This document shows, in pieces, positions 63,401 to 64,000 of a stretch of DNA of 64,000 nucleotides (the first letter of the stretch is position 1; every line of letters begins with the position of its first letter). Under the pieces are notes generated by a model that was not told the DNA's origin, ran no database searches, and worked only from the letters and a program-made list of their open reading frames with translations. The position numbers and the translations under genes are program-made. The DNA is from Eimeria praecox. Taxonomy: Eukaryota. Location: positions 3,410,001-3,474,000 of the forward strand of contig OY986949.1 of assembly GCA_963920595.1 (NCBI GenBank). Direction: 5' to 3'.

Positions 63401-64000
63401 CCGTTTCTGACTCCGAAGAGGATACGTGTGTACGTTTCGCCCGAGGCGACGGAGGAGGGTCGGGCCCCTCTCCTACTCTCAGCAGCGTTGTTTCGCTAGG
63501 CCTCGATAAGACACTCTGGCGGCGTTTCTCTTCAATATCATAAACCTTCAAGTGCTCCTCCTCATCATCTTCCTTCATCGCTGGCATATCCTGCCAGTCA
63601 TAATGAACGAATTCGTATTTTTCTCTGATGTTCTTCGCCATATCGTAGATTTCCTTGAGGACCTCCAGCTCATCGCTGATAGCTGATAGCGACGTCTCTA
63701 TTTCAGCAAGCCGAATACTATCATTTGGGAGCCGGCGACGCCGATCGGCCTGGTTGTCGAAGGCTCGCTGTATCCTAGAATGTCTTTGCTTGAGAAAGGC
63801 TTCACGTGTTGTGCAGGTGAAGGCTTGTGTAGACAATATGAGGGCCCTCTGTCCACGCACTGTGAGTTCATACCCATCCCACAAGAAAAGCTGTTCCTCT
63901 ATCCTTTCTGTTTCCTCTTTTCCAAGGGCTTCCCCAGAGGCCAATTTCTCCTGCAACTGCTGCTGATGCGTCATACAATTCTGCAATTGCCCATCTAATT
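60401..64000 (-). CDS. 3' part of an uncharacterised multi-exon protein: a charged helical region followed by an acidic/Pro-rich disordered tail with four Tyr-motif repeats; 5' end lies outside the window
   Basis: The frame is open from the window end to 63401 (charged, helical-looking). GT-AG exons 63265-63203, 63045-62914, 62716-62477, 62291-62160, 61998-61855, 61693-61550, 61388-61257, 61095-60991, 60793-60740 and 60591-60401 all join in phase 1 into one stop-free frame ending PQPPK*. Confidence 0.7.
61096..62330 (-). repeat. Tandem exon+intron duplication, 4 units of 293-305 bp
   Basis: Four near-identical 161-nt introns (GTAAGG...GACAATTCAG) alternate with 132/144/144/132-nt paralogous exons. 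Confidence 0.95.

Overview
Eukaryotic, intron-rich apicomplexan DNA with the hallmarks of an Eimeria genome: CAG/CTG repeats everywhere, interstitial AAACCCT/TTTAGGG arrays and TGCATGCA octamers. Bases 1 to about 53,000 form a repeat-rich segment, and the rest is repeat-poor. Most ORFs in the supplied track are repeat artefacts. By joining GT-AG exons by hand I recover six genes: (1) a low-complexity F-box/WD40-like gene (-, about 910-7712); (2) an apicomplexan ATP synthase accessory CHCH-type subunit, probably ATPTG8 (-, 9790-12490); (3) SRP68 (+, 13994-21367); (4) cytochrome c1 (+, 23764-28974); (5) a UFD2/UBE4 U-box ubiquitin E4 ligase (-, 32670-52859); (6) the 3' part of an unknown gene (-, 60401 to the window end). 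The last gene is the most novel-looking. It is built from frame-preserving phase-1 exons and includes four tandem exon+intron duplicates, each encoding a Pro-rich stretch plus DY(V/L)Y(D/N)xV, which resembles host Nck-type SH2/SH3 ligands. Protein family calls come from remembered motifs, not database searches.
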